From: an uncultured Pseudomonadota bacterium
GTDB lineage: Bacteria; CALINM01
DNA length: 64,000 bases
Reading direction: 5' to 3'
Assembly: GCA_964540515.1 (NCBI GenBank)
Contig: CAZIMS010000010.1
Location: 6,395-70,394, forward strand
Shown: one piece after another, positions 1-9,823 of the stretch
How positions within the stretch are numbered: the first letter of the stretch is position 1
Layout: every line of letters begins with the position of its first letter
Made by a program: the position numbers and the translations under genes
Notes under the pieces: model-generated
What the model was told of the DNA's origin: nothing
The model's input: only the letters and a program-made list of their open reading frames with translations
Database searches by the model: none

Positions 1-274
1 CTTTTTGGATTTCTGCAGGGTCTGGTTCACGGGAGACCATTCCTATATCTACCAGCCCAGCTATCGCATCGGATGCGCCTTTTCCTGCACCACCGGCTGA
101 TACATCTATCTTTACCTTTGGATATTTTTTCTGAAATGCCTCTGCCCATGCAACAGCAGTAGGATAAATTGCCCATGCACCTGATAATGTTATTGTGCCT
201 TTTAGCTCTTTTTCCTGAGCAAAGACAAAATTACTACTTAATAGCATTATTAGCAAAAATATTAACTTCTTCAT
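1..274 (-). CDS. PstS-family (PBP2 fold) ABC substrate-binding protein, 5' part only, runs off the window
   Basis: Not in the ORF track. My translation from ATG at 274 (SD AGGAGAGG): MKKLIFLLIMLLSSNFVFAQEKELKGTITLSGAWAIYPTAVAWAEAFQKKYPKVKIDVSAGGAGKGASDAIAGLVDIGMVSREPDPAEIQK. Signal peptide plus the typical 'GG.GKG...G.VDIGM.SR' segment. Confidence 0.8.
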   Translation of the reverse strand, partial: MKKLIFLLIMLLSSNFVFAQEKELKGTITLSGAWAIYPTAVAWAEAFQKKYPKVKIDVSAGGAGKGASDAIAGLVDIGMVSREPDPAEIQK

Positions 275-286
275 AATACCTCTCCT

Positions 287-970
287 TTATAAATTTGTGT
301 GCAATCCACATTCCTTTTTGGTTTTTCCTTTCCATCTACCGGAACGCTCATCTGTTGAATCGGGCAGATTGGTACAGGGTTCACAACCAATGCTTGTATA
401 ACCCTTCTCATAAAGGGGATGAAAGGGAATATTATTTTTTACCATATAATAATGAACATCTTTAGATGTCCAATCTAATATAGGATTAATCTTATATAAG
501 CCAGTTCTTGTGAGCTCTATCTTCTTTAGTTGTTGTCTATAATCTGTTTGACCTCTTCTAAGACCAGCAAACCATGCTTTTATTCCATTTTCTTTTAAGT
601 AATTAGCCAGTGGCTCTATCTTTCTAAGTTTGCAACATAAATCTGGATTTTCTTTTATAATGTCAAGACCATATTCCTTTAAAAAATCTTCCCTTGACTG
701 AGGAGATGAGATTTCAAGAAACTCCAAATTTTTGTAAAGATTTTTCAGAGTTTCAATGTAATTTAAGGTCTCTTTAAAAAGAAAGCCTGTGTTTATATAA
801 ACAATTTTTATGGGAAGATTTGTTTTTGCTATAAGATCAATGAGAACTCCTGAGTTTGCCCCAAAGGAAGAGGTGGCTATAATATCAGGTTTAAATATAT
901 CATAGGCTTCTTTAATTAAAGCTTCAGCTGGTAATGACTCAGATTTTTCAATAAGTTCATCTAATTTCAT
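287..970 (-). CDS. cysH: APS/PAPS reductase (Fe-S type)
   Basis: SSFG, CCKLRK, GLRR, SIGCEPCT and C-terminal ECGLH motifs. Confidence 0.93.
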   Translation of the reverse strand: MKLDELIEKSESLPAEALIKEAYDIFKPDIIATSSFGANSGVLIDLIAKTNLPIKIVYINTGFLFKETLNYIETLKNLYKNLEFLEISSPQSREDFLKEYGLDIIKENPDLCCKLRKIEPLANYLKENGIKAWFAGLRRGQTDYRQQLKKIELTRTGLYKINPILDWTSKDVHYYMVKNNIPFHPLYEKGYTSIGCEPCTNLPDSTDERSGRWKGKTKKECGLHTNL

Positions 971-1583
971 TGCTTTTAACTCCTATGTATCCCTTTTCTT
1001 TGAGGTAGTTAATTATTTTATCAACACTCTCATCTACCCCTTCTTTTCCGGTATCAAGAATTAGTTCTGGATTTTCAGGCTCTTCGTAGGGATCATCAAC
1101 ACCAGTAAACTCTTTTAACTCACCAGCACGAGCCTTTTTATAAAGCCCCTTTGGGTCTCTTTCCTCACAAATATCTATGGGACATCTAACATAAACTTCT
1201 ATAAAATCCCCTTCCTTCTGTATCTTCCGGGCATTTAATCTGTCTTCTATATAGGGAGATATAAAGGCAGTAATATTAATGACGCCAGCATCGGTAAAGA
1301 GTTTTGCTACTTCAGCTATTCTTCTAATATTCTCTTTTCTGGCTTCCCTTGAGAAACTGAGGTCTTTGTTTAATCCAAATCTGATATTGTCACCATCAAG
1401 GACATAGGTTTTGATACCTAACTCAAAAAGTTTCTCTTCAAGTTTATGGGCTACTGTTGATTTTCCAGACCCAGAAAGGCCTGTTAACCATATGGTACAA
1501 CCTCTATAACCCTGAACTCTTTCTCTGTCATCTCTTGTTATGCTTCCCTTGTGCCAGTAAATATTTCTTTTTTCGTCTATCAC
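957..1583 (-). CDS. cysC: adenylyl-sulfate kinase
   Basis: WLTGLSGSGKST P-loop, LDGDNIR, RDPKGLYKKARAG, FTGVDDPYE; GTG start. Confidence 0.96.
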   Translation of the reverse strand: MIDEKRNIYWHKGSITRDDRERVQGYRGCTIWLTGLSGSGKSTVAHKLEEKLFELGIKTYVLDGDNIRFGLNKDLSFSREARKENIRRIAEVAKLFTDAGVINITAFISPYIEDRLNARKIQKEGDFIEVYVRCPIDICEERDPKGLYKKARAGELKEFTGVDDPYEEPENPELILDTGKEGVDESVDKIINYLKEKGYIGVKSNEIR

Positions 1584-1612
1584 CTAAAGCCTCCTATAGA
1601 AAATTTTATTTT

Positions 1613-1843
1613 TTATCCTCTTTGAACCAGTACTTTGTATGAAAACTCGTCAAACTTTTCTACCTTTAAAACTTTATGTCCCTCTTCCTTTAAGCTTCTC
1701 GTAACATTTACCAGTGGGTCTCCTTCATCAAGGATAATCTCTACAATCTCACCAACTTCCACTTCTTCCAGAAATAATTTTGCCTTTACAAAATTCATTG
1801 GGCATATAACGCCTTTTAAGTCAAGAACCTTATTATTCTTCAT
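1613..1843 (-). CDS. TusA/SirA-family sulfurtransferase
   Basis: LDLKGVICPMNFVKAK (CPxP-like) motif, 76 aa. Confidence 0.88.
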   Translation of the reverse strand: MKNNKVLDLKGVICPMNFVKAKLFLEEVEVGEIVEIILDEGDPLVNVTRSLKEEGHKVLKVEKFDEFSYKVLVQRG

Positions 1844-2693
1844 TTAGTATCTCCTTTAATGCCTTTTCTAATCCATACCTATCAAGGCAATGTCCAAATC
1901 TTTCCTTTTTTCTCCCTTCTCTCTTGTAAAACTCAAAGGCTCTTTTTATAAACTTAAAAAGTTCTTCTTTACTCTCAATAAGGATTTTAGCCTTAGTTCC
2001 CAGTCTTGGTTTTTTTCCCATTGTTCCACCTAAAAAAAGCGTATATCCTGTTTTATCTACCTCCCATGCCTGAACAGGACAGTTGTTAATGCAAATGCCG
2101 CAGAGGATGCATTTATCAATCTCAAGTATATATTTATCATCTTTTTTCGTGATAGCCTCAGTTGGACAAACATTGATACATAATGAACAATCTATACATT
2201 TTTTCTCGTCCCATTTTGGAAGCACACCCCCCATAACCCCAACATCATTTTCAATAGGCTTTGAACAGTTATTGGGGCATCCAGAAACTGCTATCTTAAA
2301 TTTTCCAGGGGCTTCTTTTCTAAAATAAAGCTCATCCAGTTCTTTTGCCAGTAGCTTGGTTTCAATTATCCCATATTTACACGTTTTTGCTCCTGGACAA
2401 GCAACAATTCCCCTTCCTCTTGGGCCGCATGCACCAAGAACAATACCGCCTTCTTCAAGCTCTTTTTTAGCAGACATTACCTTATCTTTATAAACATTAT
2501 GAATCTCAAATCCCTGGCGGGTGGTCAGATGAACATTGCCATCTCCATATTTTTTTGATACCCTTGAGATAACCTCAAGCTCCTTAAATGAAAAATCTCC
2601 AGCGACAGATTTGATTCTTATTAAAAAATAATCCTTTTGCTTTTGCTGAATTATTCCTACTCTTTTTAACTCATCTAAGTTTACTAAATTCAT
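1833..2693 (-). CDS. single-module siroheme-[4Fe-4S] sulfite/nitrite reductase with inserted 2x[4Fe-4S] ferredoxin domain
   Basis: HLTTRQ, ACPGAKTC and SGCPNNC ligand motifs; two CxxCxxCxxxCP motifs; next to cysC/cysH. Confidence 0.85.
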   Translation of the reverse strand: MNLVNLDELKRVGIIQQKQKDYFLIRIKSVAGDFSFKELEVISRVSKKYGDGNVHLTTRQGFEIHNVYKDKVMSAKKELEEGGIVLGACGPRGRGIVACPGAKTCKYGIIETKLLAKELDELYFRKEAPGKFKIAVSGCPNNCSKPIENDVGVMGGVLPKWDEKKCIDCSLCINVCPTEAITKKDDKYILEIDKCILCGICINNCPVQAWEVDKTGYTLFLGGTMGKKPRLGTKAKILIESKEELFKFIKRAFEFYKREGRKKERFGHCLDRYGLEKALKEILNEE

Positions 2694-2730
2694 TGTAGAA
2701 TCTCCAAAGTTTCTTATTAATTTAATAGTA

Positions 2731-2759
2731 AATATAATTTATTATTGTAAAGTTGTCAA
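2731..2759 (-). promoter_or_regulatory. sigma70-type promoter of the sulfur-assimilation operon
   Basis: Minus strand TTGACA (2759-2754), 17 bp, TATATT (2736-2731). Confidence 0.6.
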
Positions 2760-2911
2760 GTAATATTTTTTTAAATGTAAACTACAAATAGAAATGTCTG
2801 CTTTTTACACATTTAGAAATGTCCTATTTTAGAAGAAGGTTTCTTTCTCCAAGGGTGGTCTTTTGGAGGAATATATTTCTTCTTTCCTTTAAAAGCTTTT
2901 TTGTTATGGGG

Positions 2912-3386
2912 TGGTCTCAGATGTCAATAGTGGACACGAATTGGGTCATACTAACATCTTTTTTTATAATATTTCTTTTCATAAGCAACTGGTGATAAAT
3001 ACTCAAGTTTTGCCTGTTTTCTTTGACGATTATAAAATATCTATAAATACTCTCTTATATCTTCCATCGCCTCTTTTTTTGCTTCTATATTTTCGGTGAT
3101 ATACAAGTTCCTTGCTTAAGGATCCCCCAAAAACTCTCCATAGGGGCATTGTCATAACAGTTACCTTTTATTCTCATTGATGCTCTTATCCCAAACTGTT
3201 CAAGTGGTATTATTTATTCATTAATAAATTTCTGGGAGTTGATGGATTCACAATCCTTCCCTCAATTATAAGTTTTACTGCTTACACCCAAAATCTTTTG
3301 TGTACTTGCCATAGGGTAATCTCTCCATTTGGAACCTACTTATTTGTATTATTACAATTAGTGTCGACTTTTCCAATAGTACGCTC
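2912..3386 (-). mobile_element. degenerate, internally deleted IS3-family element
   Basis: Minus strand gives an OrfA-like start (ATG 3328: MERLPYGKYTKDF / AVKLIIEG) joined to a frameshifted OrfB C-terminus (LEQFGIRASMRIKGNCYDNAPMESFWGILKQ / ELVYHRKYRSKKEAMEDIREY / YNRQRKQAKLEYLSPVAYEKKYY). Imperfect terminal IRs: TGTCAATAGTGGACAC at 2922-2937 vs GTGTCGACTTTTCCAA at 3361-3376 (11/16 complementary). Exact ends approximate. Confidence 0.8.
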
Positions 3387-3492
3387 TATGGCAGAAAATT
3401 CAGTTTGCTTTTTGACAATTTTTTGTTTTAGAACTTTTATTTGTGGCTTTTAGAAAGTTATTATTTGTGGATGACAAAAATTTATTCGAAGA

Positions 3493-3525
3493 AGAGGCCT
3501 CTGTCCGAAAGCTACAGAGGCCTTT
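3493..3525 (-). terminator. intrinsic terminator hairpin after the cus operon
   Basis: AGGCCTCTGT (3495-3504) / ACAGAGGCCT (3514-3523) perfect stem, 20 bp past the last operon gene, T-rich on both flanks. Confidence 0.7.
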
Positions 3526-3544
3526 ATTTTATTTTTTCTTCCTC

Positions 3545-4018
3545 TTAATTTTTAATCTTAAAATTAAAGATAGCCTCTTCTCCCTTTTCTGTTACTACTT
3601 TTAGTTCCGCACTGTAGGTTCCTTTATCTTTCAAAGAGATATCTGAGCCGTAATGACCTTGCATAAACATTAAGCTGTATTCCCTTGCCTCTTTTAAAGA
3701 GATTTTTAGGGTTGCCCCTTTAATTTTGCCAATTTTTTCATTACCTACAATTTTAAAGGAGATATGATGTGTAAGATTTGGATCCATCTTGCTCATATCT
3801 ATTTTGATGTTGCTATCTTTCATCATTGCCTTCATCGCACTCTCGATATCATTGAGCCATGCCTCTACCTTAACGCCTTTAACCTCTCCTTTAAAAATAC
3901 TTTTCCCTAAAGATGACGGACCATGGCCTCCCTTCTTACCTTTTTCATGGTCGTGTTGAGCAAAGCCTAAATTGCTAAACAGAAAAACAATTAAGAATAC
4001 AAAAAAAACCCTTTTCAT
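3545..4018 (-). CDS. exported His/Met-rich putative metal-binding protein
   Basis: Signal peptide then QHDHEK, GGHG, MKAMMK, MSKMDPNLTHH, MFMQGHYG; overlaps the cusA stop codon. Confidence 0.6.
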   Translation of the reverse strand: MKRVFFVFLIVFLFSNLGFAQHDHEKGKKGGHGPSSLGKSIFKGEVKGVKVEAWLNDIESAMKAMMKDSNIKIDMSKMDPNLTHHISFKIVGNEKIGKIKGATLKISLKEAREYSLMFMQGHYGSDISLKDKGTYSAELKVVTEKGEEAIFNFKIKN

Positions 4019-7000
4019 ATAACCTCCTTATGTTTATTTAATTCTCTTTTTCTCCAAAGAAGATAAATTGCTGGATATACTAAAAGCTCCATTAAAAATG
4101 AGGTAGTAAGACCTCCAACCATTGGTGCTGCAATTCTTTTCATCATATCTGCGCCTGTTCCTGTAGCCCACATTATTGGCATGAGACCTATCATAGAAGT
4201 AAAAACTGTCATTATTTTAGGTCTAACCCTTTTTACGGCTCCATTAATAATTGCAGTTTTTAACTCATCAAGAGTGTTTAATTTCCCCTTCTTTTTGGCA
4301 TCCTCATAGGCTAAATCTAAAAAGACAAGCATAAATACGCCCGTCTCGGCATCAAGCCCCATAAGGGCAATCATACCAACCCAAACCGCAATCGATATAT
4401 TGTAGTCAAGTAGATAAATAAGCAATATAGCTCCAACTAATGAAAAAGGCACCGCAAGAAGTACCATAAAGGTTTTAACAACGGAGCGAGTATTTAGATA
4501 GAGGATAAAAATTATCAACACAAAGGTAATGGGAAGTATTATCTTTAACCTTTCTTTTACCCTCAACATATTCTCATACTGACCGCTAAAAGAGAGTGTG
4601 TATCCCTGAGGCATCTTAAGCTTTTTTGAAAGCTCTTTTTTTGCCAAATTAACATATGTACCAATATCAACGTTCTCAATATCTACATAGACATAGCCTG
4701 AGATCATACCATTTTCATTTCTTATCATTGAAGGGCCATAGGCTAAAGTCAAATCAGCAAGCTCTCCTAAGGGGATTTGGGTACCCATCATAGTTGTTAC
4801 GAGAACCCTTTCTAATGCATCTATCCTATTTCTAAAATCTCTATCGTACCTTACATTTATAGAGTATCTCTCTCTACCTTCAATAGTAGTAATTATTCTT
4901 TCTCCGCCAATAGCCGTTGATATAACCATCTGTAAATCCGAAAGAGTAAGTCCATATTTAGCTAATGCTGCCCTTCGAGGAGTAAAATTTATATAGTAAC
5001 CACCTCCAACCCTTTCTGCAAATACACTTCTCGTCCCCTTTAAACCTTTTAGTATATGTTCTATATCAATACCTATCTTCTCGATAGTTTTTATGTCCTC
5101 TCCCATTATTTTTATACCAATGGGAGTTCTAACTCCTGTTGTAAGCATATCAATCCTACCTTTAATAGGCATTGTCCATGCATTTGTATTGCCAGGTATC
5201 TGAAGAGCCCTATCCATCTCAGATATAAGCTCTTCGTAAGATATCCTATCGTCCCAAATAGGACGAAATATCTTTTTTAAAATCTCTGGTGCCCAATCTG
5301 AGTACCATCTCTTCTTCTCTCGCCATTCATCTTTTGGCTTTAAGACAACTGTTGTCTCCATCATTGAAAATGGTGCAGGATCTGTTGAGGTATCTGCCCT
5401 CCCTGCCTTGCCAAAAACAGTTTCTACCTCAGGGAAGGATTTTAAGATTTTATCTTGAAGAACAAGTAGCTTCTTTGCTTCAGTAACTGATATACCAGGC
5501 AAGGTAGTGGGCATATAAAGTATTGTCCCTTCGTTTAAAGGGGGCATAAACTCTGAACCCAACTTAAGATAAAGGGGAATAACTGATAAAACTATGATAA
5601 GTGCTCCTAAAATTATCTTCTTTGGATGTTCTAAGACTAACTTACAAGCAGGCTCATAGATTTTGAAAAGAAATCTGCTTATAGGATGTTTCTCCTCTGA
5701 GTAATACTTACCAACAAAAAGAGAAGTTGCAAGATTTGCTAAAAATTTTGGTTTAAAGCTAAAGGGGTCAAGTCGAGTAAAAAACATCCTCACTGCAGGG
5801 TCTAAAGTAATGGCGAGGATAGATGCCAAAACCATTGTAAGGGTCTTTGTCCAGGCGAGGGGTTTAAAAAGCCTTCCTTCTTGATCTACGAGGGTAAAAA
5901 CTGGAAGAAAGGATACAGTGATTACAAGCAAAGAGAAGAATACAGAAGGTCCAACCTCCATTAGCGCTTCTAATCTAATCTTATGAAAGTCTCCCTTTCT
6001 ACCATCGGCAATCCAATGTTCTATCTTTTTATAGGCATTCTCAACCTCAACTATCGCACCATCAACAAGAACACCTATAGATATAGCAATTCCAGCAAGA
6101 CTCATAATGTTTGAAGTGATATTCATACCATATATGGGGATAAAGGCTAAAAGTACCGAGATAGGTATAGTAATAATGGGCACTAAGGCAGAGGGAAAAT
6201 GCCAAAGAAATATTAATATGACAAGACTAACAATTATTATCTCTTCAATGAGGCTATTTTTTAATGTATTTATAGCCTTCTCTATTAGGTCTGATCTGTC
6301 ATAGGTTGTTACAATCTCTATACCTTCTGGGAGACCTGGTTTAATCTCTTCTATCTTTTCCTTAACCCTTTTAATTATATTAAGGGCATTCTCTTTATGT
6401 CTCATTATAACTATACCACCAACTACCTCTCCTTCTCCATTTAACTCTGCAAGCCCTCTTCTTATCTCTGGGCCTGTAGTAACCGTAGCTAAATCACTTA
6501 AGTATACCGCTGTTCCTCTTACTGACTTTACGGCTACCTTTTTTAAAGCCTCAAGATTTTTAATGTAGCCCTCTGCAGTTACCATATACTCTTTACCAGT
6601 CCACTCTATAAGTCGACCACCCATCTCGTTGCTACTACTTTTGATTGCATTTACAACATCCATAATGGAGACGTTGTAAGCCTGTAAACGAGTAGGATTT
6701 ATTAATACTTGGTATTGTTTTTCAAAACCACCTATTGTGGCAACCTCAGCAACACCTGGTACGCTCTGAAGGGCATACTTAATATACCAATCCTGAAGAG
6801 TTCTTAGTTCTGATAAGTCATATTTCCCAGATTTATCAACAAGGGCATACTGAAAAACCCACCCAACTCCTGTAGCATCAGGACCTACCTCTGTCCTCGC
6901 GCCTTCTGGAAGTCTTCCTTGTATCTTTGAGAGATACTCTAATACTCTACTTCTTGCCCAGTAGATATCTGTTCTATCCTCAAAAATTATATATATATAG

Positions 7001-7269
7001 GAAAATCCATAATCGCTAAAGCCTCTAATTGCCTTTACTTTTGGTGCCCCAAGAAGGCTACTTACTATTGGGTAAGTAACCTGGTCCTCTATAATAGAAG
7101 GGCTTCTATCCCATTTTGTGTAAATGATTACTTGTGTATCGCTTAGGTCTGGAATGGCATCAAGGGGGGTATTTTTCATAGTATAAAAGGCATATACAGA
7201 AAGGGCTAAGGTAATTAGAATAACAAAGAGTTTGTTATTTGCCGAAAAGGCTATAATCTTTTTAATCAT
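4015..7269 (-). CDS. cusA: CusA/CzcA-family heavy-metal RND efflux permease
   Basis: LDAIPDLSDTQVII, GPDATGVGW, LFKPLAWTKT, EFMPPLNEG, GAVKRVRPKIMT, MKRIAAPMVGG. Confidence 0.93.
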   Translation of the reverse strand: MIKKIIAFSANNKLFVILITLALSVYAFYTMKNTPLDAIPDLSDTQVIIYTKWDRSPSIIEDQVTYPIVSSLLGAPKVKAIRGFSDYGFSYIYIIFEDRTDIYWARSRVLEYLSKIQGRLPEGARTEVGPDATGVGWVFQYALVDKSGKYDLSELRTLQDWYIKYALQSVPGVAEVATIGGFEKQYQVLINPTRLQAYNVSIMDVVNAIKSSSNEMGGRLIEWTGKEYMVTAEGYIKNLEALKKVAVKSVRGTAVYLSDLATVTTGPEIRRGLAELNGEGEVVGGIVIMRHKENALNIIKRVKEKIEEIKPGLPEGIEIVTTYDRSDLIEKAINTLKNSLIEEIIIVSLVILIFLWHFPSALVPIITIPISVLLAFIPIYGMNITSNIMSLAGIAISIGVLVDGAIVEVENAYKKIEHWIADGRKGDFHKIRLEALMEVGPSVFFSLLVITVSFLPVFTLVDQEGRLFKPLAWTKTLTMVLASILAITLDPAVRMFFTRLDPFSFKPKFLANLATSLFVGKYYSEEKHPISRFLFKIYEPACKLVLEHPKKIILGALIIVLSVIPLYLKLGSEFMPPLNEGTILYMPTTLPGISVTEAKKLLVLQDKILKSFPEVETVFGKAGRADTSTDPAPFSMMETTVVLKPKDEWREKKRWYSDWAPEILKKIFRPIWDDRISYEELISEMDRALQIPGNTNAWTMPIKGRIDMLTTGVRTPIGIKIMGEDIKTIEKIGIDIEHILKGLKGTRSVFAERVGGGYYINFTPRRAALAKYGLTLSDLQMVISTAIGGERIITTIEGRERYSINVRYDRDFRNRIDALERVLVTTMMGTQIPLGELADLTLAYGPSMIRNENGMISGYVYVDIENVDIGTYVNLAKKELSKKLKMPQGYTLSFSGQYENMLRVKERLKIILPITFVLIIFILYLNTRSVVKTFMVLLAVPFSLVGAILLIYLLDYNISIAVWVGMIALMGLDAETGVFMLVFLDLAYEDAKKKGKLNTLDELKTAIINGAVKRVRPKIMTVFTSMIGLMPIMWATGTGADMMKRIAAPMVGGLTTSFLMELLVYPAIYLLWRKRELNKHKEVI

Positions 7270-8536
7270 TCTTATCTTCCATAACCCTTTTGAAGGCAGC
7301 TTTAAGAGATGATTCTGAGTCTATTAAAAAGTTGGCAGAGCTAACTACCTCATCTCCCACTTTAAGTCCCTCTAATATTTCGTAATAACCATCACCGCTT
7401 AAAAGACCTGTTTTTACAAGCACTGGTTTGAGATGATTATCTTTGCTCTTAACAAAAACATACTCTCTTGTTCCAGTCCTAAATACAGCACTCTCTGATG
7501 CACTAATCTTTTTACCAATAGAGTATATTATTTTTGCCTCTCCATACATCTGTGGCTTAAGTTCGAGGTTTTTATTATTTATATCTAACCTCACTTTCAA
7601 TGTCCTTGTCTCATTGTTTACAGTTGGGTAGATAAAACTTACTTTCCCAAAGAATCTTTTATTTTTCCAGAAAGGAAGGGAAAGCTCAACAGGCGCCCCT
7701 ATATTTACATAGGGTATGTCAGGCTGATAGATATCTACCTCTGCCCAGACGGAGGTTAGGTCAGAAATATTCATTAGTATATCGTTCATCATAACTCTCT
7801 GACCTTCGAAGATATTCTTTTCTAAAACATAACCACTGGCAGGAGAGTAGTAGGTTACACTTTTTTCTGCCTTTCTTAATCTTTCAAGCTCTTTTATATC
7901 ATCTTCACTCATATCAAGTAGCTTGAGTCTTTCCTTAGCCGAATCTCTTAAAGTTTCTAAATTAGCCCTTAAATTTATATTATTAATCTTCTCAAGAGCT
8001 TTAATAACTGATAAATACTCTTCTTGGGCTGACAAAAGTTCCTGACTAAAAACCTTAAAAAGGGGATCTCCCTTTTTTACGTACTGTCCTGTTTGATTTA
8101 TGTATAACTTTTCAATCCAACCAGAAATTTTTGGGCTAACTTTATATACCCTACTTTCATCTGGCACTATAGTAGCATTTGCTATGACCTCTTTTTTTAT
8201 CTCCCTCCTTTCTACTCGCTCAAAGGTAACTCCTAAAAGTTTTGCCTCCTCATCAGAGATATATACCTCTGTTAAATCCTTGATCTCTTCTTCATCTTCT
8301 TTTCTTCGAGCCTTTTGTTCATCTCTTTTAAGAGGCACAAGGTCCATACCACAAATAGGGCAACTACCAGGCTTATCTGATATTATCTGAGGATGCATAG
8401 GACAGGTATAGAGCTGCTTTTTTTCATCTTCGTGGACATGCGCTTCTTTGGATTCCCTATGCTGAAAATAATAAATAGTTAAAGAAGAAAACAAGGTAAA
8501 AATAAGCAAAGTTATTAAAAGTTTTTTTCTTTTCAT
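7262..8536 (-). CDS. cusB: CusB-like RND periplasmic adaptor with N-terminal heavy-metal-binding domain
   Basis: YTCPMHPQI..KPGSCPICGMDL motif; GWIEKL, lipoyl-like and beta-barrel segments of the MFP family. Confidence 0.9.
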   Translation of the reverse strand: MKRKKLLITLLIFTLFSSLTIYYFQHRESKEAHVHEDEKKQLYTCPMHPQIISDKPGSCPICGMDLVPLKRDEQKARRKEDEEEIKDLTEVYISDEEAKLLGVTFERVERREIKKEVIANATIVPDESRVYKVSPKISGWIEKLYINQTGQYVKKGDPLFKVFSQELLSAQEEYLSVIKALEKINNINLRANLETLRDSAKERLKLLDMSEDDIKELERLRKAEKSVTYYSPASGYVLEKNIFEGQRVMMNDILMNISDLTSVWAEVDIYQPDIPYVNIGAPVELSLPFWKNKRFFGKVSFIYPTVNNETRTLKVRLDINNKNLELKPQMYGEAKIIYSIGKKISASESAVFRTGTREYVFVKSKDNHLKPVLVKTGLLSGDGYYEILEGLKVGDEVVSSANFLIDSESSLKAAFKRVMEDKND

Positions 8537-9783
8537 CTTAAAATTTCCACTCCCATAAGTGAGTTAAGTTGGGAGATAGCTGAAAGATATTCTTTATTTA
8601 TCATTACTAACTCCCTTTTATATTTAAGAAGTATTCTTAAGGTGTCTATAGCAGGCATAAAATCGCCAGAACCGCTTTTATATCTGGAAACTATAGTTTC
8701 TAATAGAAGCTCATTTTGTGGTATTAGCTCTTCTTTATAAAGTTTGTAAAGTTCCTTCCACTTTTTTAGCTGGCTTAAAATACTCTCAGCTTTAGATTTG
8801 AGCTCATTTCTTTTATCATTCAAAAGGGCATCGACCATACTCTTTTTCCTCTGCATCTCTGTAATCATAGGTATATTTTTTCCTTTGTACCACAAGGGGA
8901 TATTAAAAATAACCATGGCGCTAATCATATCAGGTCTTTTCATTCCCATAGGGGAGCTATCTCTTTGCATATAGGAGAAACTTAGCTCCATGTCAGGGTA
9001 GTACTCCCTCACTCTAAGTTCCACCTCCCCCTCACTAATCTCCTTCTCAATATTTAAAATTTTAATATCAGGATTGTTATTTAAAATATCATTTAGTACG
9101 TTCTCGGCATTTATCTCATTAAAATAAACAGAAGAAAAGTTTTGAAAGGCTATATCTACTTCTCTTCCCACTAAGTAATATATATTGTTGACAAGCTCTC
9201 GCTCTTTTTGATTTAGTGATATTATCTCTTCATCAATCATTGTCTTTTCGACATTTGCCTTGATTACGTTAGTTAGACTACCCATCCCTGTCTTGCTGCC
9301 AACTGTCTCTATATCAATTAGAAGGCTAATATATTCTTTCAAATCTTCAAGGATTTTATAAGATTCTCTTACATAATAAGTCTCATAAAGGCTCATCCTT
9401 AGCATGTGAAGCATCTCAACTCTCTCTTTTCTTAATCTCTCTAAGGCTCTATGGTATTCTTTTATGGCTACCTCTTCCTTAGTTTTTAGCTTACCTCCTA
9501 AAGGAAACATCTGAGAGATACCGATCTCTTTGGTTGTCATATCTTCATTTCTCAAAGAAAAATCATTGGTAGGAATATTGTTTAAAGCTATCTTTAGCTT
9601 AGGATCTTCTAAACTTTTCGTTGATAAGGCCCTTTTTTTAAGCATCTCTATCTCATAAACCATTGCTTTAAGTCTTGGATTTTCTGTTATTAAAATATTT
9701 TGTATTTCTGGTGAAGTTAGACCTGATGCCCATAAATTTGAATATACAAGCGAGAATAATATATATAAGATTAAAATCTTCAT
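8533..9783 (-). CDS. TolC/CusC-family outer-membrane efflux protein
   Basis: EDPKL, QMFPLGGKL, YYPDM, FNIPLW motifs. Start moved to ATG 9783 (MKILILY...) because the track start at 9834 lies inside the sigma54 promoter. Confidence 0.85.
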   Translation of the reverse strand: MKILILYILFSLVYSNLWASGLTSPEIQNILITENPRLKAMVYEIEMLKKRALSTKSLEDPKLKIALNNIPTNDFSLRNEDMTTKEIGISQMFPLGGKLKTKEEVAIKEYHRALERLRKERVEMLHMLRMSLYETYYVRESYKILEDLKEYISLLIDIETVGSKTGMGSLTNVIKANVEKTMIDEEIISLNQKERELVNNIYYLVGREVDIAFQNFSSVYFNEINAENVLNDILNNNPDIKILNIEKEISEGEVELRVREYYPDMELSFSYMQRDSSPMGMKRPDMISAMVIFNIPLWYKGKNIPMITEMQRKKSMVDALLNDKRNELKSKAESILSQLKKWKELYKLYKEELIPQNELLLETIVSRYKSGSGDFMPAIDTLRILLKYKRELVMINKEYLSAISQLNSLMGVEILR

Positions 9784-9823
9784 AACTCTAAATATAACTA
9801 AACGTCTTAACACGTCAAATAAA

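Noticed and set aside
2789-2824. Direct repeat TAGAAATGTC twice upstream of the sulfite reductase promoter
   Set aside because: Two 10-bp AT-rich copies with no regulator to tie them to; cannot be told from chance.
2911-3099. 62-aa plus-strand ORF in the intergenic gap
   Set aside because: It is the antisense of the IS3 transposase remnant.
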